A DNA stretch of 64,000 bases from Ministeria vibrans ATCC 50519 (GCA_943704425.1 CALSCP010001139.1:39704-103703); one strand, 5' to 3'. Counted from the stretch's first letter, positions 27,664-40,628 are shown. The notes: generated by a model not told the origin, from the letters alone. Numbers and translations are program-made.

Positions 27664-29284
27664 ATGTTTGCAATTGTTATTGCACTGCTTGGGCTTGCAG
27701 GTTGCGGGCGTGCGGACATTCCCAATGTTGCGCGGGGAGTGTGGCTCGCGGACGCTGTTGCGTCGTTGAATGCCCGCTGCCTCGACGGCACCCCCGCGCA
27801 CTACTACGTTCGACGAGCCACGTCGTCTGTCAACGCCACCAAGTGGTACATTCACCAGCAGGGGGGAGGTTCGAAACCAGAGTTGTCTGTGTGTTTGTTT
27901 TTGTCGTTGGATGTGTTGTTGACATTGCTTGTGGTCAAGGGTGGTGCACAAGCGACGCAAGCTGCCTCAGCCGATCCAAGTCACGGCTGGGATCTTCTTT
28001 GGAGAAGTACAACAATCATCCACAGATGGATTTTAATAATATTGGTACGTGAAGCGAAGGTGAAACCATCAACACTCATGTTGACCCTCTTCTTCTTAAG
28101 AGGGATGCAATAACTCGCGATGGTGCGGACCACTCATGAGCAACGACCCTATGGTGAACCCGCTGGCGTACGATTGGAATGCCGTTCTCTTCATGTATTG
28201 CGATGGGGGTTCGTTTGCGGGCGATCGAACGGAGCCTGTCACTGTCCAGGGCGAGACCATCTACTACCGCGGCTGGAGCGTCTTTCGCGCCATCGTCGAC
28301 AGCTTGAGCACGTCTGAGGGCATGGCGCACGCCGAGGTGATTCTCTTTGGTGGCGACTCGGCCGGAGGCCTTGCAACATACTTACACTCGGATCACATCA
28401 AGAGCGTGTTTCCCAAAGCAAGGGTACATAAACAAATTAATGTTATTAAAATATTTGAAAGTGGTTCTGAGCTGTTTGTGTTGTCGCTTTTTGTTTGTGA
28501 TTGATAATAAATTGGAAATGTCTTCTTTTTTCTCTAAAATATTTTATTTATTTTATGTGTCTCTCGCCTTTTCTTGTAATAATAATATTATTGTTATTAT
28601 TATTGTGTAGGTTTATGGCTGTAGGACGGATACGACGATTATGACGTGCTACCTAGCTGCTCACTATGCAATCTCTTTGTTCTTGTTGTAGTGCCCGACA
28701 GCGGATTCTTCATGGACATGGACAGCAAGACGCGCGAATACCACACCAACCTGGTGTGGGTCTTCCACGCGATGAACGCCACGGCGGGCGTCAACCAACA
28801 CTGTCTTGCTGCCAATCATGACGACCCTTCCCGCTGCATGTTTGCTCAGGTATCGCAGACGAGACGCGCATCAACAAGTCCAAGACCATCATCATTTATT
28901 CCCACTGTGTAGCACACTGCTCCGCACACCGACACGCCACTGTTTGCGTTTCAATCGCGCTTTGATTCATACCAGACTGGAAGTATCCTGGGAAGCAGCG
29001 ACGCGCAGGCTATCAACGTGTTTGGAGACAATCTGACCGAAACGGCGCAGAGTGCACTGGGAATCAAGGACAGCACATCGCGCAATGGACTCGCACTCGA
29101 CTCGTGCCACCACCACTGCGGCGGATGGGGCATCTTTGAGGGCGGCGTGTCTGCACTCAGCGCCTTCACGCAGTGGTTTTTGCAGTTGGAGCGGAGAATG
29201 TTACCCACCGAGCGCTTGTTCTTTCAGCACGAGCGGTATCCGTGCCAGTGGTGTTGCGCGAACATGACACAGAGTATTCAATGA
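27664..29284 (+). CDS. Secreted pectin acetylesterase/Notum-family (CE13) hydrolase, multi-exon
   Basis: Signal peptide; CLDGTPAHYY, GGGWC, YCDGGSFAG, nucleophile GDSAGG, DSGFF, DSCHHHC. Confidence 0.88.
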
Positions 29285-29334
29285 GTATATAGCAAGTAAG
29301 AGAGAGACAATTATGATTGGGTTTACACGAAATG

Positions 29335-31389
29335 TTAGTAAATGGGAAAGTCAGGTTGAACCGACTGTTGCCACGCAACAAGGCCACCTTTGAGATCGCA
29401 GAGACGGACACCAGAAGGAAAAACGTGTGCGTCGCGCACTGCAATGAGAGCGTGTTGGCTATCGTTACCACGGCGACAGAGCAGAACAACCACAGGGGTG
29501 GGGGAGGGGGATGGATTCTGATGGGTTGCAAGTGCTGTTGTGGGGTCAGCTCTAAGTGTGTGCAATGGAATGTCTGGCGGGAGAGAGATGAGGACGGAGA
29601 GTGAGTGGAAGGGAGTGTGCGTCAAAACAAAACAAAACAAAGAGAAGAGTCGGAACGTACTGATTGCGCCTGGAATAGAACCAATTTCAAACTCGTAAGA
29701 GGGTCGCACGTCAATTAGGGTACATTCACTGCGCATTGATTCAATTTCCTTAAAAAACATTTTTGACAGCGTCAATAATAATAATATTGTTGTTATTTTC
29801 TTTTTTGGTTTGGATTTTTTTTTCTTAAATCTACTTTTGGAGTCAATCTTTCGTGAGCGTGCACAAGTTGTGTTCCACAAGTGATTTGATCGGACTGACA
29901 AAACACGCGATAGTCTGCACATATTTCTTTAAGACGCACACGAGCAGTCGCAAGAGCCTGAGATGCACTGCTGTCACTAGACGATTCGTTCCTTTGAGGG
30001 TCTGCGTCCGCTCCACAGGCGACACACTGAGGATTGCGACTACGCAGTCGAATCACCCGCATCGCCCCACTTGTGCAGTCCAACACGACCATTCTCTCAT
30101 GGTAGTTTGCTACACACACATTTCAGTGTCGCAGAGAATCTAGCCAAGTGGTGTGCAGTCTCACGTTTGTTCAGCGTCACTATGCGAATAACCTCAAGTG
30201 CTTGAAAGAGACCAATGAGACCCGGAACTAAATGATGAAAAGGAGGAGGGAAGGGGGGGGTGCATATGTATAAGTATGTTTAAGAGAGCGAGAGTTGTAG
30301 TCCGTTTGCAACACGAAGGGAGAAAAAATGAAGGCGTACCAACTCCCAGCACTCCCCCATCGCTACAATTGGTAACTGTCTCAGGCGGAGGAGGCACAGG
30401 AAACAAACAGCGGTAACAGGGACCAGACGTGCCAAAGTGGTACGTTGTCAACTGCTCGTGCACAAACACACGGTACGTGTGTGTGTGTGTTGTGTGAGTC
30501 ACTTTGTGAATTACTCTTCCTTTCTTACTTGACCGTCCATTCGGAGTGCACTGCCTGACACTAACACTCGATCGCAGACCACACAGGAGTCTAAAAAACA
30601 GCCACGTTACATAAAAATACTCGAGAAGTTGTCTACTTGTTCTACGAAATGTATACCACTGATGAGATAGCGCGTTTCTACATTGTCCGTTGCATCCACA
30701 ACAATATCATATTGCGAAATGATGTCAATTGCGTTGTCTACTGTGAGTGCCTCTTTGTACACGCCACAACGCACAAAGGAATTGAGTCTAAGCGTGACAG
30801 AGACCAGCGACATTTAGATGGCACTCAATGAGGATTCGCGATGTCTCATCTTGCCTTTGAATGGTGATTGCGAGTGACTCTGCCTTGTTTACGCCCACGC
30901 GGGACTCGTCGTGCGCCACCTGGCGCTGAAGATTGCTGGAGTCCACCTCGTCAAAGTCAACAATGCCCAGTCGACCTGTGACAGGAGCAGAATGAGACGC
31001 ATTGCCTTTCGTCTTCGTCGTCGTGCGAATACGTACCAATGCCTGCGGCAGCCAGATAGAGAGCAGCGGGACAACCAAGGCCACCTGCACCCACAATCAG
31101 TACGGAGGCGCGCTTCATGGCGCACTGGCCTGAAACGAGAGACGCATCAATGCAATGGCCACCAATGAAGTGTTCCGTCCGCCCTTCCCGTACCTCTGTA
31201 AGCAATATCGGGCAACAACAAATGTCGGCTGTACCGTCCCAGCTCGTCTACGGCCAGCGCAGGTGCATGAGGCGTTGCAGACGCTGACGCTATGGTGTCA
31301 GAGTGACTTGCGCCTTTCGCCACCATCTCCAATTCGGCCTCGAGCAATTCTGCTCGCAAGCGCTCAACCTTTTCCTCTAACGACTCCAT
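29335..31389 (-). CDS. MOCS3: Adenylyltransferase/sulfurtransferase MOCS3/Uba4 (ThiF plus rhodanese), multi-exon
   Basis: [68 protein letters not shown], rhodanese loop CRRGNDSQ, C-terminal FPIY. Confidence 0.94.
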
Positions 31390-31537
31390 CGCAAACTTCT
31401 CAAGGGTCAAACTTCAATAATATTATAAATTATTAACATTTAACGATTATACACTGCGGGTAGTGCATGAGTAGTGTGATACATTACAATCGGGTATTTC
31501 GGGTTCAAATAATTCAATTCTTTTCTCTTCTGATGGC

Positions 31538-32308
31538 ATGGGCAACAAACATGCTACAAAGAATCGTCAACCCGTGTCACTGTCGACGCTAGACCCGAAG
31601 CGGGCAGCGAAGGATTGCTCGCAGATGGACACACATTTGTATCTTGCGTCCTGGTACTGTTGTCGATCTGACACGGGAACGCAGTGGCTGGCCACCAACC
31701 GTGGCGTTGGAGCAGTTGTATCGGTTGTACAGGAAGCGGACATTGCCGAGCGGCTTCGTCGGCACGGCCTGGACGTGCTGCAGGTGGCCGTCGAAGACAA
31801 TGGCGCCGTTGACATGACGCGCGCCTTTGAGGACTCCCACACGTTCATTGAGACGGCCCTCCGCAATGGCCAGACTGTCCTTGTTCACTGTGCAGCCGGC
31901 CAGAGTCGCTCGGCGTCTGTCGTCATCGCGCATTTGATGCAGATGCGCAGAATTGGTGCGCGCGATGCTTATCTCTACGTCAAGGAGCGAAGACCTCAAA
32001 TTGGCCCCAACACCGGGTTTATGCAGCAGCTCATTGAACTCGAAGGACGCCTTGGTAAACGTGTGCCATGATCCATATGGTGGCTGGGTTTACCGTACTT
32101 ATGTGAGCAAACGTGCATAGGATTGACTGAGACTGCGTCGCCTGCGCACTTTCTTGGCGAGTATGTCCTTGAACGAACGATGGGTGGCGAAACAACCACC
32201 CGTACACATGGACTCACAGCAGCCATGGTGCAAGACGCCATCGACGAGTGTGGCGGTGATGTGACGCAGGCACAGCTAAGGATTATGGATCGACTCAATG
32301 GATTTTGA
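31538..32308 (+). CDS. Atypical dual-specificity phosphatase, probably with a second exon encoding a UBA/CUE-like tail
   Basis: VHCAAGQSRS P-loop and PNTGFMQQL. A GT-AG intron at ~32055-32120 joins in frame to the 32123-32308 ORF. Confidence 0.85.
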
Positions 32309-32589
32309 GTTTGTTGTTTCAGTTTGTTTCGGGGTGCTCTGGCAGAGTCTATTATTTTCTTTTGTGGACGACAGACACGATCCCTCATTCCCACTGCGAA
32401 TGTACTATGAACAGTGATCAATAATGTCGAACCAATGAAGGCAGTTGAAATGTAAAATTTTCATCCATAAGCTCTTTGTCCTTTGATCTCGAGTTTGTTT
32501 GTTTTAGTTTCGAACTTGGATTATTATTCTCTTTTTTGTCTCGTACATCTCTGCGAACGGATACTCTCGTAGGCACTTGTCGGATCGCG

Positions 32590-33425
32590 ATGGTTCGCTT
32601 TAAGAACCGCTATGTTTTGGCCGAGCTCAAGTTTGAAGATCGCTCTGTTGACACCACTCTCTCTACACGACAAATCTCGTCTGCTCTCCAGGCTGTCGTC
32701 CTCACGCTCTACGGCGACTTTGGCCTTGGTCTTGTCCAACAGTCGCTCACGCGTAAGCGGCAACACTCGGCAAATCTCACGCGCAACTGAAGCGCCTTTT
32801 TTCCACAGTCAAGTATTTCAACGTTGAAACCGGCCTGGTCGTGGTCCGCTGCGCCCGCGACCATCACGACATCCTACTGGCTGCCGTATCGAGCCTTTCC
32901 GCCATTGGCAAGCGGCGATGTGCCTTCCAAACGCTCCACTTGGGAGGTGAGCCGATTTCATCTTTCATCTCTCACTTTGTTCTCCTTTCTTTCTCTCTAC
33001 CACTTTGTTTCTTTCTCCTTTCTCTCTCTCTCTCTCTCTCTCGATCACTTCGTTCTCCCTCTCCCTATCACTTTGTTTCTTTCTCCCTCCTTTCTTTCTC
33101 TATCACACACTCTCTCCTTTGTCTGTCGCTCTAACACTTTGTTTCATTCTCCCTCATATCTCTCTCTCTCTCTCACTCACTCACCCTAAACCTCCCTCCT
33201 TTCCGTGCGACAGGGAGCATCCGCTCGTGTCAAAAGGCCGCCATCAAACACAACCGCCATCAACTTTTATTGCTTCATCAAAAGGCAACGTTACCACGTA
33301 AGTCACACAACCACCAGCAGAGTACGATGCGCACAATGACACCTTGCCTATGTGCAGACGAACGAGAGAGAATAGCGACTATTCTGGCTCAAACTGAAAA
33401 GAAACTCACCTCACTCCAATACTGA
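32590..33425 (+). CDS. POP5: RNase P/MRP protein POP5, multi-exon
   Basis: MVRFKNRY, YGDFG, VKYFNVETGLVVVRCAR, TLHLGGSIRSCQK. Confidence 0.9.
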
Positions 33426-33479
33426 ATCTTGTATAAAACCAAACCTAGTGTATGTATGTCACAGTCAAATAGTGTGCTC

Positions 33480-34690
33480 TCACAGGACCTTTTTGTTGAT
33501 CTTTTCACGCTTATCGAGTTTCTTCTCTTTCCGCGCGCGTTTCCTTCGCTTCCTCTCCTCCTCCGTCTCCGCCTCCTCCTCCTCCTCGACACCACCACCG
33601 CCCGTCGTCTTCTCGCTCACATCGGCCTCGGCACTTCGTTTCTTCCCACGCACTGCCACACTTGCACTTGCACTCTCATCCTTTGCACTCACTCGCGTGT
33701 AATGTATCTTCCACGGGTTCACATAGCGACGGCCCTTGTTGCGCTTCTGTGGTCGCTCACTCTGCTCTTCGCGGTCCAGATTGCGAATGTAGTATGCATC
33801 ATCATCATCGTCGTCGTCTTCTTCCTCATTGCCACTGCCCTTCTCCTCTTCCTCCTCTTCGTCGTCCTTTCCCTCCTTCATTTCCACATCACTCCCTTCT
33901 TGCTCTTCCTCCTCATCATCATCACCTTCTTCCTCATCCTCATCATCTCCACTGCCTTCTTCTTCTTCTTCTTCTTCTTCTTCTTCTTCTTCTTCTTCTT
34001 CTTCTTCTTCGCTGATAAACCCGTCTGGCACCCACACTCCTCCTTCCTCATCCTCCTCGTCCTCCTCTCCTTCCTCGTCCTCTTCGGGAAACAGTCTGCG
34101 AATGTGCGGAAAGCGTCCGGGTTCTTCCTCGTACTCTGCTCGCCGCCTGCGGAACTTCTTGCCTGCCATGTGGCTAGCGAGGGCCGTCTCGGTAAACGCC
34201 ACAATTCGGTTGGTCAACTCGCAGTAGAGTTTGTCCCTATTGCACCACAGAAATCGTTCAGCGATCAGTCTGTCTCTTCCGCGTTTTCCATCCTTACGGC
34301 ATGTTGTCGATGGGGTGAATCAAAGGAAAGTACTGGTCGATGTTGGCCGTGTGCTTCTTGTACGCACGCGTAAACGATTTGCCGGCACAATACGTTTTCA
34401 ACTGCAGACAAAATACGCACAAAAGTCAGTACAATATCAACCCCAGTGCACGCGATATGGGATGTGCACCACTGTGAATGAGTGTATGTGAGTGCGGCTG
34501 AACGACGTAGTGTCCGCTAAATCCGTTCCACGTGGAAAACGTCTTGGGCAACATCGTTTGCACTCACCGTTTCGAGCGATTCGGGCATTTCGTGCCCTGT
34601 CAGCACGCACCGGATACGACGACCCTTGGGCGTGTCGACATAGTCAAACGCGCCGCTGTGACGGTTCAATATTCTGCGGATATCGGACAT
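33480..34690 (-). CDS. SURF2: Surfeit locus protein 2-like, with a long acidic tract; 3 exons
   Basis: GRIRCVLTGHEMP, LKTYCAGKSF, KLYCELT...HMAGKKF, then poly-Glu ((TTC)n at ~33957-34010) and a basic tail. Confidence 0.8.
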
Positions 34691-34954
34691 GAATAAGAAA
34701 TAAAATGACTAGTGTTGAATGTTCCTTGATCTTTTTATTACACTCATCATTATTCATTGACGTTTGAGTCGCTTCATGGTGCCTGACTGCTTGTCTGAGA
34801 TATCACTTATCAGTTATGACTTATGAGTGATTTGAGAGCTCTGTAGCTTGATTGTCAAACTTTTGAGTGAGTCCCTTACTCCTCAATCTTAGAGTCTCCG
34901 CGAACTTGACTGAATTTGACGGACAGTTAGCAAATAGGCAGGTCAAAAATGTAT

Positions 34955-34989
<35 letters not shown>

Positions 34990-35291
34990 ACCGCATAAAC
35001 CTAAGTCAGAGGGTGATAATTGATATCACTGATGTATACAGATTAGAAAAGTTGCGTAGTTTAAAACACGAATAAGGTGTTGTTACATTTCAGAAATTAA
35101 TCATATTGGAGTGCGAAACGCAGTCAACTGGAACTCTTTCGCGTCTCCCAACGAACACACAAAGCAGAATACACAGCACTAGCAAAACCAACGACAGGCC
35201 AAGGCGGACAATTGGTTGGTACATTTCAGTGTGAATGCAGGAAAGAGCAAGTGAGGGAGAAATGCAACAGGTCTCGTTGATCCTCCATTCC

Positions 35292-35819
35292 TCATCGAAA
35301 CCATCGGCGAAACAACGCCCGCACAACGCCCCATCCTCCTTTGACACTCTCCAGAGTCGAAAAAAGCACCATTTCATAGCCATCGGGTGCGAGTGCCCAC
35401 TTGAGACCAAAGCAGTGCACTCGCTGAGTCGTCGTCTCACTCTGCCCGCCCTCCACCACAACACCACCATCGTGCAGCCACAAGAGAATCCCTTCGCTGT
35501 TGAGCACGGTCGCATCCGGGTGGGCGTGCAGCACCTCCTCGGCATACAATCCAGAGCGATACCCAATTGTGCAGTATGGCACCACTGTCAACAGATGCAA
35601 ATCGACCTCGCCCGACGCCACGCCCGCCTCAAACACCTCCTTCGTCACACTCCCAGGGATCCTGCTCACATGCTGCTCCTCCGCGGTGCGCACGTCGACC
35701 AACACGACCCGCTCGCTGTTCTCTACATCCGCTCGACTTGCGCCTTGCACAAGAGGAAACTGAGCCGCATACCTCCTGAACATCTGTCGCAGCCTGTCGT
35801 CCTTGGCGCCGCCACTCAT
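35292..35819 (-). CDS. Single-domain rhodanese-like protein, intronless
   Basis: VLVDVRTAEEQHVSRIPG, active-site loop YCTIGYRS, EGILLW, VHCFGLKWAL. Confidence 0.8.
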   Translation of the reverse strand: MSGGAKDDRLRQMFRRYAAQFPLVQGASRADVENSERVVLVDVRTAEEQHVSRIPGSVTKEVFEAGVASGEVDLHLLTVVPYCTIGYRSGLYAEEVLHAHPDATVLNSEGILLWLHDGGVVVEGGQSETTTQRVHCFGLKWALAPDGYEMVLFSTLESVKGGWGVVRALFRRWFR

Positions 35820-35933
35820 CACAATCCTGAGAAAGTAAAAAAGAGTCACGGACTAAGTAAAGTTATATCGATTCACGATCAATAATCAACAAAAAAAAGT
35901 CAAAAATCAAAATCTGGATCACTTTTTATCATT

Positions 35934-36151
35934 ATGGCTCGCCTTGCTCTTTGCCTGTTTGCCCTCGTCGCTGTTGCGGCCGCCTTCGAGATGGAAGGAG
36001 ACGTCATTGTTGGCACCGAAGCCGATCTCCAGGAGATCATCGGTGCCCAGGAATTCACTCTTGTCGAGTTTTGTAAGTAGATACGAGAAAAAATATCTTC
36101 TTCTAATGCATATCGAATTATTGTCGATAATCTTGTCATCTNNNNNNNNNN

Positions 36152-36184
<33 letters not shown>

Positions 36185-38166
36185 GCCCTGGACAGCGCAA
36201 TACACTCTGCGGGGCGTCGTTCACGTGTCGAGCGGTGCATGGACCGCCGCAGACAGGCGATTGCGCGGCCCTCCGGCGTGGCGTTGCGCCCCCAAGCCTG
36301 TCGACGTGGCTTCCTCCCAATCTTCTCGTGTGGCCTGTTCATTGGCCGCACGTGGAAACCCTTCTTTCGCGCCACTTTGGCCTCTACCAACTCGCCCACG
36401 ACCGTATGTTTATGATTGCTGACATTGTGCGGCGCATCGACCGCTTTTGACTGGGTTTTTGCGCCGTTTTTTTTTTTGACAAGTCGTGTTTTCTTTTTTG
36501 ATTCGTCGTTTTCACGAACCAAAGCCGACGTGGACGTGATGTCGTCACTCCGGAGGCTTTGTTCGTGACACGTCAGGTCACTTGATGTGTACCATTGGCT
36601 GATGTCTCCGTCAACCTTGCCGATTCGCTTTTTTTCTCGGGTTTCTCCTTTTGTTGTCTTATCCTGTCTTGTGCTCTCTCAGACGCTCCGTGGTGCGGAC
36701 ACTGCAAGAACCTTGCGCCCGAGTGGGCCAAGGCTGCCACCAGCCTGAAGGAGGCGGGCACCGACAACGTCAAGCTGGTCAAGGTCGACGCGACCATCCA
36801 CAAGTCGGAGGCGGAGAAGCAGGGTGTCAAGGGCTACCCCACCATCAAGTTCTACCGCAGCGGCGTCGCCACCGAGTACAACGGTACGCGCAAACATCCC
36901 TACCACATACAAGACACACCGGTGCCCCCTCTCTTGTACTCTATACTAACTGTTTGTCTTTTCTTGACTTGTTTTTTTTTTTTTTTTTTTTNNNNNNNNN
37001 NGCCGAGTGGGCACATTTGCGAAGTGTGTGTGCCCGGTGCGGTCCTCACCGCCTTCTTGTCGTATACAGGCGGCCGTACTGCCTCTGAAATCGTCTCGTG
37101 GGTCGAGAAGCACACCGGCCCCGCTTTCACCACTCTGGAGTCGGCCGAGGCCGCCTCGAAGTTTATTGCGTCCAAGGACCACTCTCTCGTGGCGCACTTC
37201 TCGGACATCGACAGCGCCAACGCTGAGGCCTTCAAGGCTGCCGCGTCGCAGCTCGACGACACCCCCTTTGCCATTGTCACCGATGCGTCGTTTGTCGACG
37301 GCCTCGCCGCTGACTCGGCTCTGCTCATCAAGGACTACGACGGCGGCAACGCTGCTTACACCGGTGCCTTCGAGGCGGCCGCCATTGTCGAGTGGGCCAA
37401 GAAGACCTCTCTCCCGTCCGTTGTCGAGTTCACCCAGGCCTCGGCTCCCAAGATTTTCGGTGGTGACATCAAGGTGCACTGCCTGCTGTTCCTGAACGAG
37501 GGTGACGACGCCACGCTCGCCGAGTACAAGAAGACGGCGGCCGCCAAGAAGGGCGACGCTCTCTTTGTCTACATGTACGCGCAGAAGGAGGACTCCAAGC
37601 GCATCATTGAGTACTTCTCCGTCGACGAGACCAAGCTGCCCGACGCCCGCATCATCAACCTGGGCGGCGCCGAGATGCAGAAGTTCAAGATGGAGGCGGC
37701 GGACAAGACCGAGGCCACCTTCAACGCTTTTGTCGAGGACTACGTTTCCGGCAAGCTCAAGCGATTCCTCATGAGCGAAGACCCCGTCGAGTACTCGGGC
37801 AAGGGCGTGCGCGTCCTCACCGGCTCCGACCACGACCTTGTTGCCAAGGACGAGTCGCTCAACGTCTTCGTTGAGTACTACGCTCCCTGGTGCGGCCACT
37901 GCAAGTCGCTCGCTCCCATCTGGGACGAGCTTGCCGCCGCCTACGACGACGTCGCCAACGTCGTCATTGCCAAGATGGACTCGACCGCCAACGAGGTTGA
38001 TGGTGTCGCCGTTCAGGGTTTCCCCACTCTCAAGTTCTACCCCGCCGGCAGCACCGAGCCCCTCGACTACGACGGTGGCCGCGAACTCGCCCCGCTCAAG
38101 GAGTACCTCGCCAAGAACGCCGTTGGTGCCGACGCCCCCGCCGCCGCCGACAAGGACGAGCTCTAA
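35934..38166 (+). CDS. P4HB: Protein disulfide-isomerase (PDIA1/P4HB-type), 3 exons
   Basis: Signal peptide, two APWCGHCK thioredoxin motifs, C-terminal KDEL, strong codon bias. Confidence 0.95.
36300..36360. promoter_or_regulatory. Putative ER-stress elements (ERSE/UPRE-like) in PDI intron 1
   Basis: 36327-36345 reads CCAAT-N9-ACACG on the minus strand (ERSE consensus CCAAT-N9-CCACG), flanked by GACGTGG and CACGTGG. Confidence 0.4.
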
Positions 38167-38964
38167 AGCAGCAGAGAGAAAACATTTTTTGAAAATGCAA
38201 CATTTTTTCTCTTGAATGGTGTATGAACTTCTTTTTGTTTTCCGTTCTCCGCCTCTTGCACTAGGATCATATTAGTTTTGTACACCCGATCTGGTTGGAT
38301 GGTCGAGCTCGTGCAACGCCACGCCTATTCCACCCGGCCGTATTCATTTGGTCTGCGTCACGACGCAAGCCGAGAGCTGTATTATGTTATGACATGGCGT
38401 AGCGCTTTCCACGGCGCCTTCACCTTCCTACTTCTCCACTTGCGCGCTCTCACCGCCGACGCATTCCACCATAATGAGAGACGATAGTGCTGATCGATTA
38501 CACATTGCACCTGTCCTATATACTCCTCCGTCGCATATACAGGAAGAGCGTCAGCAAGCTGCCATGCATGTGCCCCCCTCCTATTTTAAACCACTAATGA
38601 CTAAGGCCGAGGCCCTTCCCCGGAAGCGCTTCCGCAGCAAAGTATTGACTGCATCATGCCTGGCAAACAAGATTATTGGGTTTGCACCAGGACCTACCAC
38701 CTCCCGTCGGCGGTGGAGCTTGGTCTCAGGCAGCGCCAGCCTGAGCCTCGTTTCTCCCCTCTCCCGGCGAATTCTACACTCTGGAGCCAATCATGTCAGT
38801 TATCAGTTGCCACTTGACACTTGTCAGTTGTCCGGCTATCAGCCGACCTGTCTCCGCTCCTTCTCGATGCTCCACCGTGTCTCCTCTGTGTCCCAGGTGG
38901 GATTTTCATCAAAGCTTTTTTTTTTTTTAGTTTTTACTATTATTACTCATCTCTTCTGGATACC

Positions 38965-40628
38965 ATGAGTACCAGTGCCGAGGATCGTGCCGCCTCGGTG
39001 ACAGCGCTGCTTCTTCAGGTGAGTGATCACCCAGAACTGAAAAACCGCCAAAACAATGCCTCAACGTTGTCCCTGCGCCTTCCCCGCTTGTGTAGGCCGC
39101 CGAGCTTGTAGAAAAGGGACCAGACAGTATCAGCATGTACCTTGAGCTTGACTCTGGTGAGTGCACTGCAATAGGCCGTCGTCTTGGCGCCCTACCAGTC
39201 GCATGATTTTTTTTTCTCACATTCATTTCTCGCGTGATTTGCTATCGTGCAGCTTCGGGAAGCGCAGCGGGCGCGTCAGGGGCTGGGAATGGCACCCGCA
39301 TGAGGCCTGCTGCGCCGTTCCGCACCGCAAATAGCGAATCGGCGACGCTCCACCGTGCGCCAACAACAACCGGCGCGACCGCATCGCAGCAGCCGCCCCG
39401 ACCGGCCGGCAGCTGGCGCCCTCCCTCCGTACGTGTTCCCAGTCATCTTGCTTTCCTTCTACTCCCATGGATCATGTGTGCAGTCGTCTCTCGATCACTC
39501 TTTTTTTTTTTTTTTNNNNNNNNNNAGCGGCTACGCGGGCAACTCCCCGACGAGCCCGCCTGCACGATCCCACTCGTGCGGCAACCTGCTGAGCACTAAT
39601 TTGTCATCGTAGTTGCGTGAGACGCACAATATGCTGGAGAAAAATCGCCGCGCGCACTTGCGACAGTGCTTTGCGGATCTGAGGGAGAGTGTGCCGCCAT
39701 CAAGCAACCCCGGGAAACTGTCGACGGTGGTGGTGCTTCAACAGGCAACGGAGTACATCAAGCAACTGAACCAGGCGTATGCTCAGGGCGAGCGACTCCG
39801 CCGACAGCTGCTTGATATGCGCTCGAGATCCCTCAACATGCTTGAGCGACCCGAGTTGGTAAGCATGAGAGTGGTGTGTTATGTGACTTGAGCTTCGAAC
39901 TGATGCGCATGTCGTCGTAGGGCGATGTGGTCTCTGTGCCGGATGCGGATGCGTTCTTGACGAGTGTTGGGGGTGACAATGCCTGGGAAATGGGAGGAGA
40001 CGAAGGGGATGCAGGCAGAGGGGCGGAGAGTGGCTCAGATGGAAGTGGCGGTGGGAGTGGGAGTGGGAGTGGTGGTGGCGATGGCAAGGGTGGGAGTGGG
40101 GCGCGCGGGGACAGGAGAGGATGGGGTCGGACAGGGGAGACACTCGCTGGAGGGCGAAGGAGGCGTGCGCGCAAGGGAAACGCAACGCTGCGAGACTACA
40201 AATTGGATTTGGATGACGAAGATGAGGAGGAGAGGGGAGACGAAGGGGCAGGAGAGGAGGAAGAGGAGGAGGTGCAGGCTCATGAGAGAGACAGAGTCAA
40301 TGGCGTATTGGCGTATGGAAGGGTACCGCTGCCCCTACTAGCGCCACATCCGGTAGCAGCGGCAGCAGCAGCAGCAGCAACAACAACAACAACAGCGGCG
40401 GCGGTGGCACCAATGATGATGGCGATGCCGGTGATAAACAGCATGGAGGCGGGTGAGGGTCTGGGGGCGGGCAGGAGAACAGCAACAGCAACAGTAACCA
40501 AGAGCCGGCGCAAACGCTCTACATCACTCAGCATTGAGAGCACCGCGAAGGCGGCTGAGCCGGAGCCCGAGAGCGATGGCGATCCATCTCGACGCAAGCG
40601 GGTCAAACGCGCAGTTTTTGATATGTAA
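38965..40628 (+). CDS. Mad/Mnt (MXD-family) bHLH-ZIP transcriptional repressor, multi-exon
   Basis: SID-like VTALLLQAAELVE (split by intron 1); basic region RETHNMLEKNRRAHLRQCFADLR; helix 2 STVVVLQQATEYIKQL; zipper. Confidence 0.85.

Noticed and set aside
38278-38968. ORFs or an ncRNA upstream of the Mad/Mnt gene
   Set aside because: No recognisable protein or RNA motif; more likely promoter or 5' UTR.
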